Shown here: positions 30,101-37,178 of the stretch, one piece after another
How the letters are laid out: each line of letters begins with the position of its first letter
Numbering within the stretch: the first letter of the stretch is position 1
Source of the DNA: an uncultured virus (IMG/VR IMGVR_UViG_3300032233_002459)
Taxonomy: Duplodnaviria > Heunggongvirae > Uroviricota > Caudoviricetes
Virus record (IMG/VR): IMGVR_UViG_3300032233_002459
Reading direction: 5' to 3' (one strand)
Length of the DNA: 64,000 bases
Program-made: the position numbers and the translations under genes
The notes under the pieces: model-generated
What the model was told of the DNA's origin: nothing
The model's input: only the letters and a program-made list of their open reading frames with translations
The model's database searches: none

Positions 30101-33100
30101 GCTCAGACAAGGGAATACTATTAAGTGCAAAAGAAAGAGCAGATAAAGAATTAGAACTTAAAGAACTAGAAAAATCTATAGCAGATGCTGGGGATTATAA
30201 TCTAGATAATGATCCCAATATGCGTACGATAGTTGGTCGTAGAGATCAACTACGCAGACAATTACGAGGAGATTATAGAGCACAAGTTAATATGGGTATT
30301 CCTACTGGAGAAGGTGGAGGTCCGCCAAAGTTTAGTATGGTTGCTCCTAGAATACCGCAACCAGAAGATTTTGGTTTTTCATCTCTTGATAAATATAATG
30401 ATGAATATATTTTTAATCTTAATAAAAGACCATATAAAAATATTGTTAGTAAAGCAATGTCTAGTGCATATTTAAAAGATTATACTGAGCTAGAGAAACA
30501 GAGAGCTATTATTGGCTCACCTATTGCAGACACCAGCTCGGGCGCTGCTCAAACTAATGGAGATAATTTAAAACAATATAAAACTAATTTTGAGCAAATA
30601 CAGGCCGAGGCGGCTGATGCTGGTTTATTAAATGCTGGTAGTATTTTAAATAAATTTAATAGTCTTAAGAAATCATATTTAAATGATTTTGGACCAGTGG
30701 ATGGTGTTGATGCTAATGATATACCACTTGCTCCTGGGGCTAAGGAAACAGCAAATTCTCAAGGAGAAGCTATTAGACAACACTTAATGAGTAAATTAGG
30801 AGATACTAATTTTACGAAACAGCCTTTTAAAGGAAAAGGTTCTGTTTCTGGTGTTACAAAAGAGGATCAAGATAAAGCTAGAGCAGTTATGGCTGATATG
30901 GTTACCAGATACGGAGTATCAGGAAGTACTGATGAAGACAAACAGTCTCAGCTAGCGTCTTATCTTCAGAATATGTCTAGTAAGGATAGAAGAATTATTG
31001 ATTCTGATAAAGCATGGGGTTCTTTTGATAATAATATAAAATCATATAACGATCAGCTAGAAAAATATTGGATAATTAGAGCACGATATGAGAACAGAGA
31101 TACTCTTAAAAATGATCCTTTAAGTATGATGGAAGGATCTCCTGTTATTGACCCCAAAATCAGAGATGCTAAATTAGCTGAGGTTAGAAAAATAGATGAT
31201 ACTATTAGAGATTTACAAAAACAACCTGGAGGAGCACCAGACAAAGAAGAAATTGAAAGAAAAATAGCTGAAAAACAAAAGATTTTAGATGATCTATATG
31301 GTGGTTCTGGCGGAGCAAAGTTTAAATCCGTACCATCAATGGATTATCTATTATTTAATGATCCTGCTGATACTAGTCGTATCAATCCATTTAAATATTT
31401 TACTGATAAATCAAACGTTTACGGACTACCTAACACGAAAAATACTTCTGGAGCACAAATATATGCTAATCAAACCAATGAAGTTATTAAACAATTATTA
31501 AGCTCATATGGCACTGCTTTCGGAATAAAAGCCCCAACACCAAATAATAATGAGGAATTTCAAAAGTGGATCAAAGGTATTGATTCTGAAAAAGCTACTA
31601 GTTTACCATCAAGCTCTGTGAATAAAAATTGGAAGCTCGATAAATTACAAAATATGTATAGTTTAGCTGGTAGTGACGATACTAATTGGGCTGGTAAGTT
31701 TGGGCTTTGGAGCTTCAATAATGAAGAAAATGCTTACGATAGTAATTTTGCAGAAAATTATAAAACTAAATTTTTACAAAAAGCTCGTGACTATCTGATA
31801 CAAAAGAGTGAACAAATTTCTGGCGAGCAAATTAATCTACCTAAAAATACTACTAATTATCTTAAAGCTATAGATGCTATGTCATTATATAGTGGTAAAA
31901 TGGATAGAAATATATATGGTAAAGTTAATGGCGGTTTTGGAGCATTAAATATTAGTAAAAAATTAGAGGGCGCCAATGAAGAGGACAAAGCAAATAATTT
32001 ATATAGACAAATTAGTCGCTCATATAACGCGTGGAGAAGATCCAATGTAGATAAAATATTTGGTGGTATTACAACAGCCGATTTACCACGATGGAAGACA
32101 GTAGATGATAAATACCAGTTCCCCGGTAGTCCAGAAGAACTAAGATCGGCCGTCACAACAGATATTGATACATTGGAAAGAATTAAAAATCTAGATACCT
32201 ATGTAATAGACAGCATTCTTAGTGGAGCAGGACCAGCTCAAATGAGATCTGTTAGTGGTTTTGGTAATCTATTAGCCGCTGGTAATGTTGCTATAGGAGA
32301 AGCTGGAGCTACTGGATTAGAAGGTGTAACAGGAGAAACTAAGCTTTTGGATCTTTTAGCACAAACTTTAAATTTTAGCAATCCACACCTTGTACAAGAT
32401 AGGCAGGCTAAATTACAGTTTGTTATAGATAAAGATTTATCTAGTAATTTAAAAAATAAAATATATTCTAAGGATGAGCCTCAGTTGGATTCTAATTTAC
32501 ATATATTATCAGGAGCATATAATTTATGGGATTCTTTAAAGAGTTATGGAGTAGATCCTAATACCAGAATACCAACAGTTAATATTATTGATTCTGATAG
32601 CGGACAACTAGAATCAATTATTGGCGGAGCAAATAAAGAGGCTATGATTGGCAATAAACCTATTAGGCTTGATACTAATTTTGTTTCCAATTATCTTAAC
32701 GAATTTAGTGATTATCAAGACGAATACGATACAGTTAGATCAGCAATGGACAAAATATCCAAATCAGCAGCTAATACTGGACAGCAAAATATTGCTGGAC
32801 TCATAGGCACTGCTACCCCATTTCAAAATGCAGCCTATATACAGGCACAAAAAATGATTGATATACAATCACTAGAAAATAAGCCAACACCAGCTACTGA
32901 TGCAGCATCAACAGATGGTACTAATAAACCACAGTATAGGGCTAAAGGAGGAATGATTTATGCTAGTACTGGAGCATTAGTAAATTATGCGCCCCGAGGC
33001 ACAGATACTGTTCCAGCCATGTTGACTCCTGGAGAATTTGTGATTAATAGACAATCAACAGCCAAACATTTACCATTACTTAAAGCAATTAATAGTGGTT

Positions 33101-33588
33101 CAGTAGAAGGTAGTACTAATGGTATATCTTATGCTAGGTCTGGTGGTATTATTAATCCTATATATAGATTTGATGGTGGAACTAGCGTTATGGGTGCCGT
33201 TCAGTCTATGGGTAAAGCTATGGGATTTGATACTAGTGGAATTAGTTCAGTTTTTAATAATTTTATTACCTCCTTTAATACCGAAACAAATAATTTTGGA
33301 TCATTAATTAATAATCTAGCTAAGGTTTTTCCAGCTTTAGGTGGTCCAGTTAGCGCTTTTGGTGGCCATGTTGATAAATTGGTCAAAGCACTTAATGATC
33401 TTAAGTCTATAGAGATTAAGGGACCAAACATTCCTGATACTATTACTGTTAATAGTGATACTATAAGAGTAGAATTAATAGCGCCTCAAGATACTAATTA
33501 TAAATTAAGCGATGAAGATAAACGACAAATAACACAAGCCTTAGAGACTAAATTAAGAACATTAACTACAATGGGTAGAATTGCATAA
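18121..33588 (+). CDS. Giant tape measure protein with embedded enzyme-like domains
   Basis: N-terminal TMP core (TLAQAG...GTEALNEF...TGLRTIFTRI), canonical position; repeated FAxGG and DTVPAMLTPGEFV modules; HAD, GNAT, PD-(D/E)xK and HExxH motifs. Confidence 0.9.
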   Translation: MAAAFNLTAQINLRGPTNTRAIASSIRKQLSNIKVKVDLDLKGSSSKSIAAVNKGLQNISANAARANTNINQLNANIQRLAASLGGLGTSGPQTLAATGKAASSAGKSINQVSTQMQEFGKQSGLAIRRFAAFSTVTGVIYGLTSAVSSAYKEFITFDKEIVRLSQVTGTSVAGLAGITSEITKLSTGLGVASADLLQVSVTLAQAGLSAQDTKTALEALAKSALAPSFDDLNSTVEGSIALMRQFGISTGELEGALGSINAVAAAFAVEASDIITAIQRTGGVFANASKGVSTGTEALNEFVAIFTSVRATTRESAETIATGLRTIFTRIQRGSTIEALKEYGVVLTDLEGKFIGPYEAVRRLSEGLAGLDPRDLRFAKIVEELGGFRQIGKVIPLIQQFATAQNALGVAQRGQSSLSKNALEAQKSLAVQFEKTRQSFVALIRDVGNSGTFRTIATISLTTANAFISLASALKPLLPMLTALAAIKGASVLSEFSAGFLGGLGGGGGAKGGGGGGGSGGSGGGGGSGGGGRGKGGAASSKAVIANTHAISANTSQLSTVNATLATMISSLNNLTQAINNMTPPSAGPTTANSGGKILGFAKGGSVPGTGRGDKVPAMLEPGEVVMSNKAVNKYGRGKLVRMNKYAVGGPVDIEDLENRDGSSTIIESYGLPYIQKKDKILGNINRENITFDPNSTIINWKKIVKDTDSVYQRLKTENPDADTSKLTNEASSKAFEQMIAQIKGGSLSEQPNYPVDIIREKTNPLEVKFTKDPVPDIDLLSKLYRYRYDKKTLGRYGFTKNIDKDPPIDIGALDVVQMGPNQKTAFSSWYSSNKKKILNKNFGGQIQKFMAGGVAEASEAMTLEDAKKKSRKEIMEILASRPGGISTTEKAAKVGSGEVYKILGQRNPNAATESLKEAILKEYVKTYNRQAGAAQGQITRMTNEGLVVAAAGMFGNKFADTTETIESSKLSSPAKVRIMSGVMGAKTAASLDSMFKQGTEQITDKGAETLLISDILEKFGLGKELNLDFDRTLAMGADEILSDPGSPVFSEFSDRSKVQEALKKARLTALGEALASSVKDRPELLGSTKIVTARPDSTLDLVQSWLSSQGLPIPLSQFKGFGGAGVKADDIAKLKAAFLSPGSLFVDDDARNISAASLRKDVTSYQYGIGKSLPNNQAEGDIQGLLLEQIIQKLGGPGASKGFGFDFPKGLGAAAKYFDLPDDIPTDVKRTINGPSTITDNIVTWLKNVMGYASGGKVDYYSLEKNSGLNSREFEDIANFAKTNGFSLEEFKKYLQQRIQQKQAKSGLRMDPASLLRAITPETPSASQKQMELARSLMGPVDPQYNPKYDNARKFAVGGSPKSEEFVQQGNLKYLRPDVIRAMRENYGESLTEDQAVEEFLRKDGNYFVNTDFGIPGKSRKLPSWLTPYTGQSDAFDKVQAKKYEISDMAAKKKERQGVSVGDFESGARFNVGGMIQKFAVGGLADATSEMQGLMTGLYGNRQAKKPDSKADKKQKNFGKIALRDEGRSISATYFKNDERSGSVSAYKMRDYLYYVGLSQATKGYGPKLYDAVMEAVTANGAMLTADRASVSGDAKRVWEYYFNNRSDVKKTPLKPDDWTRNSSMVDPKLYGKEDTWPPASDPAWILQSGYSKSPDLINDKNSVIRMDQAQDARSMALDFFRSKQTFASGGSVPALVSNGEAYVPPKIAKKIGYGTLNRMNQADKNGMGRFSSGGVSVFKGPGSGTSDSISTNLPVGSFIIREKATKALGFNSGGAVGVRKFASGGSVDADRMDYLNRIADKLGITVQQYERSVRQQIYKKAAGSATAKTSSQTDIQDLLTKNLSNIGDADVEKETREGLTNLFKKIDPKIDDTKLSKTIDDIVDGMKKGFSVSDLKNSSTELEQILNQNITIQSELSSVTAEFEKELGFLTGKMKVRGIDVKAQKSLQEGKFGALEKGNIRQAQRNLESPTGKVLDRIGQANSTANIPGMKLLERSFPNVADKLTKMGDKVGGITGVIGVAASQLSSQMPTILSTLDHFAGTVSETSPAISGLQGALKSASSFGLSGSIVGQQAFGAKGAAVGGAVGLAGGAVSGFIKESTAKEVEMAMKGVSGASNTLSKTLDELANARTFAEREELQDRANKNYEALNVALETSAKTIKDNRVWSAVSGGLEGFLSTLTTVIGMMAAVNMSGGGFGAGAGGGGGKGPKPRRKPRKAIGGRVGLATGGLVPVKLASGEGVFTPPLPTSKNELDQMNQADRNGYKPSFGGQMGIVPGSGSGKVDNFDTMLPEGSYVIRTDAMKAMNEQDIFAAKGGRISRQGLSLGGRVQSFASGGGVRGYAAGGLVLKLIGGAIKQLGPYLAAAFAGSIVEGFTAYLDNSTEKERLKAEVESLQQLRRIADNSEAFATGNKGYAERVMTLSEPIEKASMTADQRLSAYGRSRDSSGRLNSLNILQEQQARTSLSAEGMNVSDSQSVQEYLDSLGEGTEKRKKADAAVIKAQERLRQRIYLEARQRQGFSEDVAAKEYRSAQFDDKGGAKNKAAQDVNTLVEREVGRENRSRILADRLEIVNRAVKKFTLDITDVMNRLSSNMTRIVDEIGASADRANSVSGELSGSGAKAYSGDSENLRVLQNISAYSKEELGSAVDSISKGLGDNEQTQKMGDFIKGLQVIQQELPLILRDTAGGNINEGAESNVRSKLGQMFGGLDMSPEIRRQLEDSVMDWIQASTSMNRQGMTMEDLANNVEGFKELSDAGEKARQTFEEYARKQLEVNRQLGAMSDNLATSFEKLADNTIKVQDISLQSALQLKEKFGQTISLREMNAPFESSVRGLTGGITDPAAIGKQISEAIAQKRVLESDPSKATSALGSGQIAGLTSKINKYQRALDVLANSTDRASSALKKIDEQSQISAGRRRSVMDFFGMLDNPEAMINFNKETSSYNRVMGGAGGVGDIQGALSTLQSLEGSRSPEEFANLQKQLFDNITRVLGNSGMDPVLIDTFKKTFAADFGKPQDNPQIKPFIDAFNEAAKIQSDAVRAQSDLISQGGQLLSNALAASATDFTTKMRTAVDGVVAQLNAVANRLGLAGAAPAAGGRAKGGIVGYYSMGDMVSFTPQGTDTVPAMLTPGEFVVNRAATSKHLPLLHSINSGKYSSGGKVKYLAAGGRVPGAPEFDLGTTTEYREENSFGNRSISTLSQLQYESRYGVPGVRDNVKMISDDMYDSLKNRSTEESRLRQEGTPMLYHDESTRGKIKKANQLKLNKKQYTELSIGETERRIPLYQRQTAEYYPNGADFDHRAFDQKMLDYKDLPTLNYLNVDIRSNKQKIAAVSQAMQTRDGFPDLLAKYLLGLKEYESTWASMGLGMALDLENLVPGSVTADAGPMIASKALGWLSKNTGITKGISTAIKKGATTPLGKLKQASTKDSGIGRISAKDLGLPEFAPASPAASTKAKPPKPTSGFDRVIQITDDVKSLIGRLQSETGSKLASSFNKLGADNLLQNTRNALGIFGINPEDFYLAMPDSIKVAPSLKDMRGYYAANKGAYSGLGDVVIQKDVTAKTLYHEMVHSLFDGVRKKGGGAWERYQSKVMEVFSGNDPYKLTDAIAQYSDSYKAQDIVYGKYYKLKWLDDLTNGVKNKDLREKILDTYPELQNFFRNPKNMNIPYDTNFDRIVGGALELSGRPELLKTASGYGMEEFLTKLVDSSNLMSNQQRLGLSKILDDLLAGPPQTLRDNSVLASLNTPTKWEVLKQQWTRVTDPLRRMVSPRKSTPTTPKATTAPPTTTGTSAGGGTPRTGSPGARTTGQPPVPPKPRPKTKSNRGGSSSTSTRSRSGKSWSDYLASKFDDTKQWLSGGDGPWTSRASTWLGRISNGYFLGSLGVGAGTSLWPWITGNSSLPPDASSSSDSSRPTGGPLPPPAFDPKQDPVADIKYATEFARKFATTNTSAKDAFTSDDGKYKFGQVLRAAKNLGLKDPMGVTDFRVRSATIPSYEAGDGSDKGILLSAKERADKELELKELEKSIADAGDYNLDNDPNMRTIVGRRDQLRRQLRGDYRAQVNMGIPTGEGGGPPKFSMVAPRIPQPEDFGFSSLDKYNDEYIFNLNKRPYKNIVSKAMSSAYLKDYTELEKQRAIIGSPIADTSSGAAQTNGDNLKQYKTNFEQIQAEAADAGLLNAGSILNKFNSLKKSYLNDFGPVDGVDANDIPLAPGAKETANSQGEAIRQHLMSKLGDTNFTKQPFKGKGSVSGVTKEDQDKARAVMADMVTRYGVSGSTDEDKQSQLASYLQNMSSKDRRIIDSDKAWGSFDNNIKSYNDQLEKYWIIRARYENRDTLKNDPLSMMEGSPVIDPKIRDAKLAEVRKIDDTIRDLQKQPGGAPDKEEIERKIAEKQKILDDLYGGSGGAKFKSVPSMDYLLFNDPADTSRINPFKYFTDKSNVYGLPNTKNTSGAQIYANQTNEVIKQLLSSYGTAFGIKAPTPNNNEEFQKWIKGIDSEKATSLPSSSVNKNWKLDKLQNMYSLAGSDDTNWAGKFGLWSFNNEENAYDSNFAENYKTKFLQKARDYLIQKSEQISGEQINLPKNTTNYLKAIDAMSLYSGKMDRNIYGKVNGGFGALNISKKLEGANEEDKANNLYRQISRSYNAWRRSNVDKIFGGITTADLPRWKTVDDKYQFPGSPEELRSAVTTDIDTLERIKNLDTYVIDSILSGAGPAQMRSVSGFGNLLAAGNVAIGEAGATGLEGVTGETKLLDLLAQTLNFSNPHLVQDRQAKLQFVIDKDLSSNLKNKIYSKDEPQLDSNLHILSGAYNLWDSLKSYGVDPNTRIPTVNIIDSDSGQLESIIGGANKEAMIGNKPIRLDTNFVSNYLNEFSDYQDEYDTVRSAMDKISKSAANTGQQNIAGLIGTATPFQNAAYIQAQKMIDIQSLENKPTPATDAASTDGTNKPQYRAKGGMIYASTGALVNYAPRGTDTVPAMLTPGEFVINRQSTAKHLPLLKAINSGSVEGSTNGISYARSGGIINPIYRFDGGTSVMGAVQSMGKAMGFDTSGISSVFNNFITSFNTETNNFGSLINNLAKVFPALGGPVSAFGGHVDKLVKALNDLKSIEIKGPNIPDTITVNSDTIRVELIAPQDTNYKLSDEDKRQITQALETKLRTLTTMGRIA
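19624..19731 (+). repeat. Poly-glycine linker (GGN codon run) in TMP
   Basis: GGLGGGGGAKGGGGGGGSGGSGGGGGSGGGGRGKGG. Confidence 0.9.
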
Positions 33589-33636
33589 TTAATAATGAGT
33601 AAGTATTATTAATATAAGAGGTTATTAAAAAATAAT

Positions 33637-35241
33637 ATGTATAAAGTACAAAATGAAACATCAACAGAAAATATAAGCATACAAGCTATTCCTCCGGGAG
33701 GAGCTAGTGTCACGGTAGGAGGCTCCTCCCTTGATCCTGCGCCATTTGTGTCTTTATCTATTGATCAATTCAGAGTTGGAGATTTAATAGTTGGTGGAGT
33801 ATTAATAGTATCATTAAATGGCACAGTATATTCTGAGGATGGTAATGGTTTTAGTGATATAGCCACCAAACTTAAAAATAAATTCAAAGATATAGGACAA
33901 AAAGGAGACTGTATTCTTGTAGATATAAATTGTGGTGGAACAGTTTTAGTAAATGGATATGGCACCATTCGTTCTGTAAGTATTGATGAAGGACCAGATC
34001 CCACATGGACACAAATCGCAGCATATAGCATAGAAGTAGAGATGTATATTAATGATAATGATTTAGTAGTTAAGCCTAATTCTAATGCTAGTAATTATGT
34101 AACAAGTAATGAAATTATTAGAGATTTATCAGAATCAGTTACATTAAATGTGGATAATGAGGCTTTTGCTATAGATGTAGCCAGTGGACAAAAGGTTGGA
34201 AGAGCACACGCTAAATATAGTTTTAATATAAGCGCAACAGGAGCGGCTGTATCCTGTAAAAGTAATATTAGTCAAAAAACAGGACTAGAAGCTGCTGAAG
34301 AAGTTATTAAAAGAAGAATTAGTACCATAGCTAATGGGTCTATTAGTAGTAGTTTAGCGGCTCCACCATCACTAATAGCTGCTTTAGCAACTTATCATAG
34401 TGGATCTAAATATATGCAAGTTCGTAGTGTAGATGCTGATCCTATTAATGGCACCATGACAGTTGCTGGAGATATTATTATTAGACCACCAGGTTTGACT
34501 TATCCTCAAGCCTTTGTTGATATTTCTGTTGATTCTAGATCAGACGCTACTCAAATTGGTAGAACCGTTACTATTTCTGGTACTGTAGAGGGTTTATATA
34601 CTGAAAGTTTTAGCGATTTAATAAGTTCATCATTTACTTCTGCTAGTGCCAATAAAATAGGTAATGCCGAAGGGGTCTATACCTCTATTAAAGGCTTAGG
34701 AGCAACATTAGCGAATAATTATTTAGAAGGAAAGCTAACTGACCCTTGCTCTCAAAGTTCCGGAAATCTAACCGCAATATGTCCTGTTTCTTTATCCATA
34801 CCAGAATGTAATTTAAGGCTTGTAAGTCGTACAGCAACTAGAAATTTTGGACAAGGAACAATATCTTTTTCTGATGAATATTCAACGGTTCCAAATTGTA
34901 ACATCCCAGGAGCTGCTAAAGTAGAGAGTGAGGTTACACATACTTACCCAACAGATGTTTTTGCAGAATTTACTATACCTTTTAGAGGAGAGCCTCTGCT
35001 ACAAAATTTAGGAACAAAAACTAAAGAAACCATATCTGTTACAGTAACTGCTACAGTAGATGCTGGATGTAAGGTAGCGGATCTTTCTAATATAGCAGGA
35101 TGTTTAGCAGCAGAAGCATTTAGGTTAAGAGATGAGGCTGGTGGAGATAGCTCTTGGTATGTAACACAGGATTCTTTGACCAAAAGTAATACTGGAACTT
35201 TAAGAGTTAGTACAGAATGGACCAAACCCTATAATTGTTAA
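33637..35241 (+). CDS. Tail tip / distal tail protein (putative)
   Basis: Beta-rich, directly after TMP; GAGG RBS. Confidence 0.55.
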   Translation: MYKVQNETSTENISIQAIPPGGASVTVGGSSLDPAPFVSLSIDQFRVGDLIVGGVLIVSLNGTVYSEDGNGFSDIATKLKNKFKDIGQKGDCILVDINCGGTVLVNGYGTIRSVSIDEGPDPTWTQIAAYSIEVEMYINDNDLVVKPNSNASNYVTSNEIIRDLSESVTLNVDNEAFAIDVASGQKVGRAHAKYSFNISATGAAVSCKSNISQKTGLEAAEEVIKRRISTIANGSISSSLAAPPSLIAALATYHSGSKYMQVRSVDADPINGTMTVAGDIIIRPPGLTYPQAFVDISVDSRSDATQIGRTVTISGTVEGLYTESFSDLISSSFTSASANKIGNAEGVYTSIKGLGATLANNYLEGKLTDPCSQSSGNLTAICPVSLSIPECNLRLVSRTATRNFGQGTISFSDEYSTVPNCNIPGAAKVESEVTHTYPTDVFAEFTIPFRGEPLLQNLGTKTKETISVTVTATVDAGCKVADLSNIAGCLAAEAFRLRDEAGGDSSWYVTQDSLTKSNTGTLRVSTEWTKPYNC

Positions 35242-37173
35242 ATGGATATGAGTAATAATCTTTATCAGATAAGGGCGTCAAAACCCAAATGTTTTATTAA
35301 TCAAGACGGTAACATCATTATTGATGATTTATCTAGCGGAGCACTATCTTTTAGCTGGATAGACCTCCCAAGTTCTGCACTAGTAACAGATAGTGGTAGA
35401 GCTGTTTATAATTTATCTTGTGGAACATATACATTAAAAATATATAATATATCTAAACATTCTAATGAAGTAATATATATTGATTTATCTTGTGCTGATC
35501 AATTAAGTATAGATTTAGTACATGTAGATGAAATAAAATGTTATAATGATAATATTAATATGTTTATAGAATGGTCCGGCGGACTTGCCCCATATACATT
35601 ACAAATTAATAATGATAAAATAATTATTATGGATACTAGATATGATTATTCTATACAGCCAAATCAAGATTATCGTATATCCATAATAGATAGTAATGGC
35701 TGTATAGCTACTAGAGAAACTATTAGAGTTATGGCCGAGCCAGTAATTGCTAATATTAGATGGGAACCAATTACAACTCATAATGGCATATCTGAAAAGG
35801 TATTTTGTTCGGTTAGCGGAGGTAAACCACCATATAAAATAGCATGGTTTAAACAAGGAGACTCTAAACCACTACTAGTTAATCAGGATTGTATTAGAAA
35901 TAAATTTAAGGCTGGACTGTATTCATTAACCATTATAGATAATAATGGCTGTAGATTTGACAAGGATTTTGAAATTACACAACCTCCACCTATAGCGGTC
36001 AACATAACATCATTCAATGATTACAGTACTAAGGCCCTTTTTGATTCTGTAGAAACACAAAAAGTATACAATTTGATACTTTTGCCAGATAATAGTAATA
36101 TTACAGATGATAAAATTTTAAATTCTACCAAAATTTATATTCAACATAATAAAAATAAAATACCACAGAATTTATGTATGGATTATGGGAAAGTAACTAT
36201 AGATGACAATATTTATCGTTACTACTATATTTCTCCAGGATTATCGTCTTTACAAACATATAAGCCATCAACTCTTGTTGTGGACGATATAGAGTGTGAC
36301 ATTCAGCATAAATTTGGTAATTCACAACCAAAATTAGTTATTGGGTCTCTAATCATGCGTAATGATTATGGTTTTGCTTATAAAAATAATGATATTGTAC
36401 GCATATCATCAGATGATAAAGATATTAATATACAAATTGATCAGGTATATATTAAAACTGGATTATATTTATCTAATAATATTTATACTATTATTAATGC
36501 TATTAATTCTAATCTGCCGCTAGAAGATGGTTTAGTTTTTATTAATAATAATCAGGAATGTATTCTACAGTCTTTAACTACTAAAAGTAATAATAGATTA
36601 GGGTCTATTATTTGCTATGTTTCCAACGGCGATAAAAATTCATTACGAGCTATATTAATTAATGAAAATGAAGATAAAGAAGAATATAATTTTAATAATA
36701 CATATACTTTAACAATTAATAATTTAAGATATGGTAAGTATAAATTAATAGTACAAGATAAGAATGGCATAGCTACAACTTTTAATAATCAAACTATTAA
36801 TGAGGATTATTTTATTGTTAAAATTTTAGATTCTGATAATACAGAACGAGAGGAATCGTCAATCCAGTCTGCTCAAAGCTTTAATTTAGACCCTAAAATC
36901 TTGAATGTTTATAATTATCGTCCAAATAAATTACTATTTTATGATCCAGAATTCAAAAATGGGGTATTAATGAATATAAGCCCATTAGACGCTTGCTATG
37001 AAATAGTTGGACAAGATATTAATATACAGGATTGTGGATATAAGATTTTAGAAAATTTACCACATGGTAAATATAGTATTAAAATTTTTAAAGATGGATA
37101 TAAAACAGAGAATGTTAAATTATTTTTTAATACCAAAAAAGATTTAGTAACAGCAATTTTACAGAAAGATTAG
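35242..37173 (+). CDS. Ig-like SprB-repeat protein with C-terminal PEGA-like domain
   Basis: SGGLAPYT...IIDSNGC and SGGKPPYKIAW...YSLTIIDNNGC repeats; LPHGKYSIKIFKDGY. Confidence 0.6.
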   Translation: MDMSNNLYQIRASKPKCFINQDGNIIIDDLSSGALSFSWIDLPSSALVTDSGRAVYNLSCGTYTLKIYNISKHSNEVIYIDLSCADQLSIDLVHVDEIKCYNDNINMFIEWSGGLAPYTLQINNDKIIIMDTRYDYSIQPNQDYRISIIDSNGCIATRETIRVMAEPVIANIRWEPITTHNGISEKVFCSVSGGKPPYKIAWFKQGDSKPLLVNQDCIRNKFKAGLYSLTIIDNNGCRFDKDFEITQPPPIAVNITSFNDYSTKALFDSVETQKVYNLILLPDNSNITDDKILNSTKIYIQHNKNKIPQNLCMDYGKVTIDDNIYRYYYISPGLSSLQTYKPSTLVVDDIECDIQHKFGNSQPKLVIGSLIMRNDYGFAYKNNDIVRISSDDKDINIQIDQVYIKTGLYLSNNIYTIINAINSNLPLEDGLVFINNNQECILQSLTTKSNNRLGSIICYVSNGDKNSLRAILINENEDKEEYNFNNTYTLTINNLRYGKYKLIVQDKNGIATTFNNQTINEDYFIVKILDSDNTEREESSIQSAQSFNLDPKILNVYNYRPNKLLFYDPEFKNGVLMNISPLDACYEIVGQDINIQDCGYKILENLPHGKYSIKIFKDGYKTENVKLFFNTKKDLVTAILQKD

Positions 37174-37178
37174 AAATA

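Noticed and set aside
27472..33051. Near-identical TMP repeats as a diversity-generating retroelement TR/VR pair
   Set aside because: Differences are mostly synonymous and not adenine-specific, both copies are coding, and no reverse transcriptase is present in the window
19413..33431. Antisense and alternate-frame ORFs within the TMP, such as the Pro-rich 19413-19763
   Set aside because: Shadows of Gly/Ala-rich codons on the coding strand, with no RBS or motifs
33589..33612. TTAATAAT/ATTATTAA inverted repeat after the TMP as a terminator
   Set aside because: AT-only stem with no T-run; expected by chance at this composition
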